DNA of 64,000 bases from Mobula birostris. Its lineage: Eukaryota. Both the position numbers and the translations under genes were made by a program. Below the pieces are notes generated by a model. That model was not told the origin of the DNA and searched no databases. It saw nothing but the letters and a program-made list of their open reading frames with translations. Numbering within the stretch: the stretch's first letter is position 1; each line of letters opens with the position of its first letter. Location: assembly GCF_030028105.1 (NCBI RefSeq), contig NC_092374.1, positions 181,119,487 to 181,183,486 on the forward strand, in the 5' to 3' direction. Positions 60,600-64,000 of this stretch are shown here, piece after piece.

Positions 60600-61985
60600 T
60601 TTCTATTCTAAATATAAATCCTATGATTAATCAATCATTACGAAAATTTGGTATCAGTTTCGTAAGTTTTTTAATCTTAAAAAATTTAACCTTTTTAGTT
60701 TAATTTATCAAAACTATTTATTTAAACCTTCACTTAATTATCCTGTCTTTTCTCTTTGGAGGAATAAAGGAATTTTTTCCTTTATGGACTTGTTTCAAGA
60801 AGGTCAATTGATGTCCTTTGAGAAATTAGTAACTAAATACTCTCTCTCATATTTACATTTTTTGCAATATCTTCAGGTCAGACATTTTTTACAAGAATAT
60901 TTAAGTAATTTTCCATATATATAAGATTCTGACCTTAGATATTATTTTAAAAATGAACCCTTTAGTGAAAGGCTTTATTGGGAAAATTTATAATTTCCTA
61001 TTACAACAGGACAATTATCCTTTACTTAAGATTAAGCAAGGTTGGGAAAGAGAGCTTAACATGACCTTGATAACAGAGGATTGGTTGCGAATTTTGAAAC
61101 TGGTTAACTCTTCTTCGATTTGTGCCAGTCATTCTCTAATTCAATTTAAAATTGTACATCATTATTATTTGATGAAGGAGAGATTGTCTAAAATATTTCC
61201 CAATGTAAATAGTCAGTGTGATAGATGCAAAACTGAGATAGCTACATTGACACATATATTTTGGCCGTGTTCTGTATTGAAACAATTTTGGAAATCTATT
61301 TTTTCTATAATCTCTAAAGCTTTAAGAATCAATTTACAACCTAATAAAAATTAACAGTTTTGTTCAATAATTCCTCAACATATTCACGGTATTTCTATAT
61401 CTGACCAATATGTAATTGCATTTGTCACAATATTGGCTAGAAGGGCTATTTTATTAAAATGGAAAGATGTATCTGCTCTCACTTTGATACAATGGTTCTC
61501 TCAGGTGATGTTATGTCTTAGTTTGGAAAAAATTAGAAGTCGAACTTTTGATCCTAAATTTGACTTCGAGAAAAGGTGGGGTTCTTTTGCCCGTTATCAT
61601 CATTTGACTTGAGTTAATTAAGATGGTCCTTTTCTGATGCTTGGTTATATGAATTTGGTTGGCAGTTGATGTCTTTTTTTTTATGGACACTTGTATGGCG
61701 TATAGCGCCGGGTTTGTGCTCCAAACATTTTTTTTCCCCTTTTTTTTAGTTATCAGGGGTTTTCTCTGTTTTAGTTAGTAGGGGTTCTTTTTTCTTTCTT
61801 TCCTTTTTTCCATAAAAAAAGCTTTAATACTTTGTTTTTTGATTATTATTGGTATACTGTTCAGCCTGGTTGATAGCTTAACTTTTACTCTACATATGGA
61901 TATGTTATCTTGATTATTTTGATGTACTTTTCTCTGCTGTTGATTTCCAATAATAATTAATAAAAAGATTTAAAAATGAAAATGA
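60600..61985 (+). mobile_element. L1/Tx1-like LINE, ORF2 C-terminal zinc-knuckle region and 3' UTR
   Basis: WEREL...W..ILK......ICASHSLIQFKIVH...CDRCKTEIATLTHIFWPC...FW; aataaa plus A-rich end near 61955-61990. Confidence 0.85.
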
Positions 61986-61994
61986 AAGAAGGTG

Positions 61995-62630
61995 AACCGT
62001 CAGTCTGTCTTGGTTGGTTGGTATATTCAATGACATCTTTAACTTCTTTCTTCTGTGGTCTGTGATTCCCACCTGCTTCAAAAGCTGCCAAAGAAAAGCA
62101 TGCTGATCTGCCACAATAACTGCCATCTAATAGCACTTATATCCACCCTAACAAGGTGCTTTGAGAGGTTGGCTATAGTGTAAATTAACTCCATAGAAGG
62201 GATGACCTGCATACTCTTCAAATTGGCTATTGCCACATCAAGGCAACAGCTATTTCCATTGGCTCTCCATTCAGTCTGGATAATCTGGATGACAGAAATG
62301 CATACAGCAGGCTGCTGTTCATTGACTGCAGATCCACGTTCAACAATATTACCCTCTATACTTATCACCAAGTTCAAAGTTCTGAATATCTGTACCTCAC
62401 CTAACTTCCTCATCAGCAAATCGTAATCAGTACAGATCAGTAACATTTCCTCCTTACTGGTAATCAGAACAGGTGCTCCACAAGGCTTACTCCCCTGATC
62501 TACTGAATTTACACCCATGGCTCTGTGGCTAAGCATTTCTCCAAAACTATCAATGAATATGGAAATTACACCAATATTGAAAGAATCCTGATTGGTTAGG
62601 GTTAGAGAGCCTTGGCAGAGCACAGTCCCA
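61995..62630 (-). mobile_element. Rex1/Babar-like RT fragment
   Basis: QGSKPCGAPVLIT (PQG-like region) and VDISAIRWQLLWQ; reverse similarity to the other Rex1 copies. Confidence 0.55.
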
Positions 62631-62639
62631 TCCTCTGAC

Positions 62640-62997
62640 TGTGTTCTCCATCATTAACAGGAGCACCTAGAAGAGATGCGCGCTCAGGAAGACAGTGTCT
62701 ATTGTCAAGAATACCGACAGCACGGCTCCATGAAATGATAGTTCCCCAAAGCAGCCTAAAGATGGCAAGTGGCCACTCTAGCCTTCCACTGGCAGATTGC
62801 TCCCAGGGAATCTTGACAAGACAAACCAGCCACCCACAGTCATCTCCAAGGCTACTTATATTCCAAACCGCAAGATGGGAATCAGGTGCCTATGATCAAC
62901 TCAAGCAAAACAAGGAACAGCTGGAAGACCCAGAGTCCTGAGTCCACCGACCGGACCATGATCCAGAATGCGGACTTCACGGACCGGATCATGACAC
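62640..62997. mobile_element. LTR-like fragment ending ...gatcatgaca
   Basis: TGACA terminus and short internal repeats (accggaccatga / accggatcatga); family not identified. Confidence 0.35.
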
Positions 62998-63283
62998 CCC
63001 CAGCTACCTACTACCTCCCTTATGGTTCTGCCTCCTTCTACTACCGATTGTGCTTTCCCCTTTTCCTTCTTCACCTTTCCTCCTGCCTATCCCCTCCCCC
63101 ACCCCTCGCTCTTTCCCATTACTGGTTTTTCACCTGGCACCTACCAGCCTTCTATTTCCTACCTGCCCCCCACCTTCTTTATAGGGCCCGATCCTTCCCT
63201 CTTCAGTCCTGATGAAGGGATCCAGTCCGAAACGTTGACTCATCGTATCCACGGATGCTGCCCAACCTGCAGAGTTCCTCTAT
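62998..63283 (+). mobile_element. Penelope-like 3' region
   Basis: Reverse complement of about 27110-27410 (ttactggtttttcacctgg...cctaccagccttct). Confidence 0.75.
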
Positions 63284-63287
63284 TTGG

Positions 63288-64000
63288 TTCACTGTTACAG
63301 TTGTACCTGCAATGACGCTACGGGGTACTCGCCTTATTATCTGATATTTGGGCAGGAAGCGACGTTGCCCATTGATCTGTGTTTTGGGACTGAAGCAGGT
63401 GAATTACCTTCAAAGCCCTATCTGAAGTATGTGTCTGATATGAGGAGGGAGTTGAAAAGGGCGTACGAGTTTGCTGAGGTGGCGGCCACCAAGCAGAATC
63501 AAGGGAATAAGAGGAGGTATGATTAGAAAGTGAAGTTCACCCAACTTATGCCAGGAGACCGGGTTCTCATGAGGAATTTAGGACTACATGGTAAGCATTA
63601 GTTGGCGGTGCACCCCCTATGTGGTAGAGAGCCAGATGCTGAACCTATCTGTTTACTGGGTGAGACCAGAGGATAGGAAGGGGCCTGTCAAGGTACTCCA
63701 TCGGAAGCACCTATTGTCCCTGGGTCAAGAGGTGCAGGTAGACCAAGAGCCCGAATTGGAGTTTACGCCTAGTACGAGGACTCTGTGGTGGTGCAGGGCG
63801 AGGGTAGAGCCCACCGTGAAAGAGACGGGGCCGGGTCTTGCCCCGGAAAGGGATACTGATTTGGAAGACGATGATTCAGATGCGTGGTACCTGCTTCCGT
63901 TCGTAAATTCCCTGGTACCGGAAGAAGAGGCTCCTGACCCTTCCCCCACTGAGTTAGGTGAGAGGAGGAAGGGTGTTGCTGGGGAGTTTGGGATACAGCC
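63288..64000 (+). mobile_element. Gypsy integrase C-terminal fragment and downstream sequence
   Basis: YSCTCNDATGYSPYYLIFGQEATLPIDLCFG...LKRAYEFAE...KRRYD; PGDRVLMRN; stops present. Confidence 0.8.

Overview
Vertebrate genomic DNA. The repeat landscape (CR1, L2, Rex1/Babar, Penelope, tRNA-SINEs, L1/Tx1) suggests a cartilaginous fish, probably a ray; this is inference. Most of the window is transposon-derived. Host-gene content is two tandem, minus-strand paralogous genes reconstructed by hand from splice sites. Each has a leader-like exon and one Ig V-set exon of the HEPACAM/CD2/CEACAM type without the canonical B-F disulfide; the V domains are 79/119 aa identical by manual alignment. Gene A (about 417-12780) has a clear transmembrane exon with an N-L-R motif like FcRgamma-coupled activating receptors and no ITIM in its candidate tails. 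Gene B (about 13083-25978) is followed by a well-bounded exon encoding an ITIM (IVYRKL) and a candidate last exon starting with a TIYVNL motif. Together they look like an activating/inhibitory paired immune-receptor locus. Caveats: gene B's TM exon and both start codons were not firmly located. Upstream lies a roughly 15.7 kb strongly G-rich compound minisatellite (about 28910-44610) built from GAGGC pentamers plus a TG(A/G)GG(G/A)CAGGAGCCTT core. It has higher-order duplications, CpG-decay variants and regional variant turnover, and appears to have grown inside an LTR-like element. Its long P/S/L/A/R-rich ORFs are treated as artefacts. Also present: an internally deleted Gmr1-type Gypsy element (gag-PR-INT-RT order, tRNA-Pro PBS, both LTRs) nested in a CR1, a hAT-Charlie with a perfect 8-bp TSD, and a hAT with a 6-bp TSD plus a 93-bp derivative. 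All alignments were done by eye; no database search was run, and TE boundaries are approximate unless termini are quoted.
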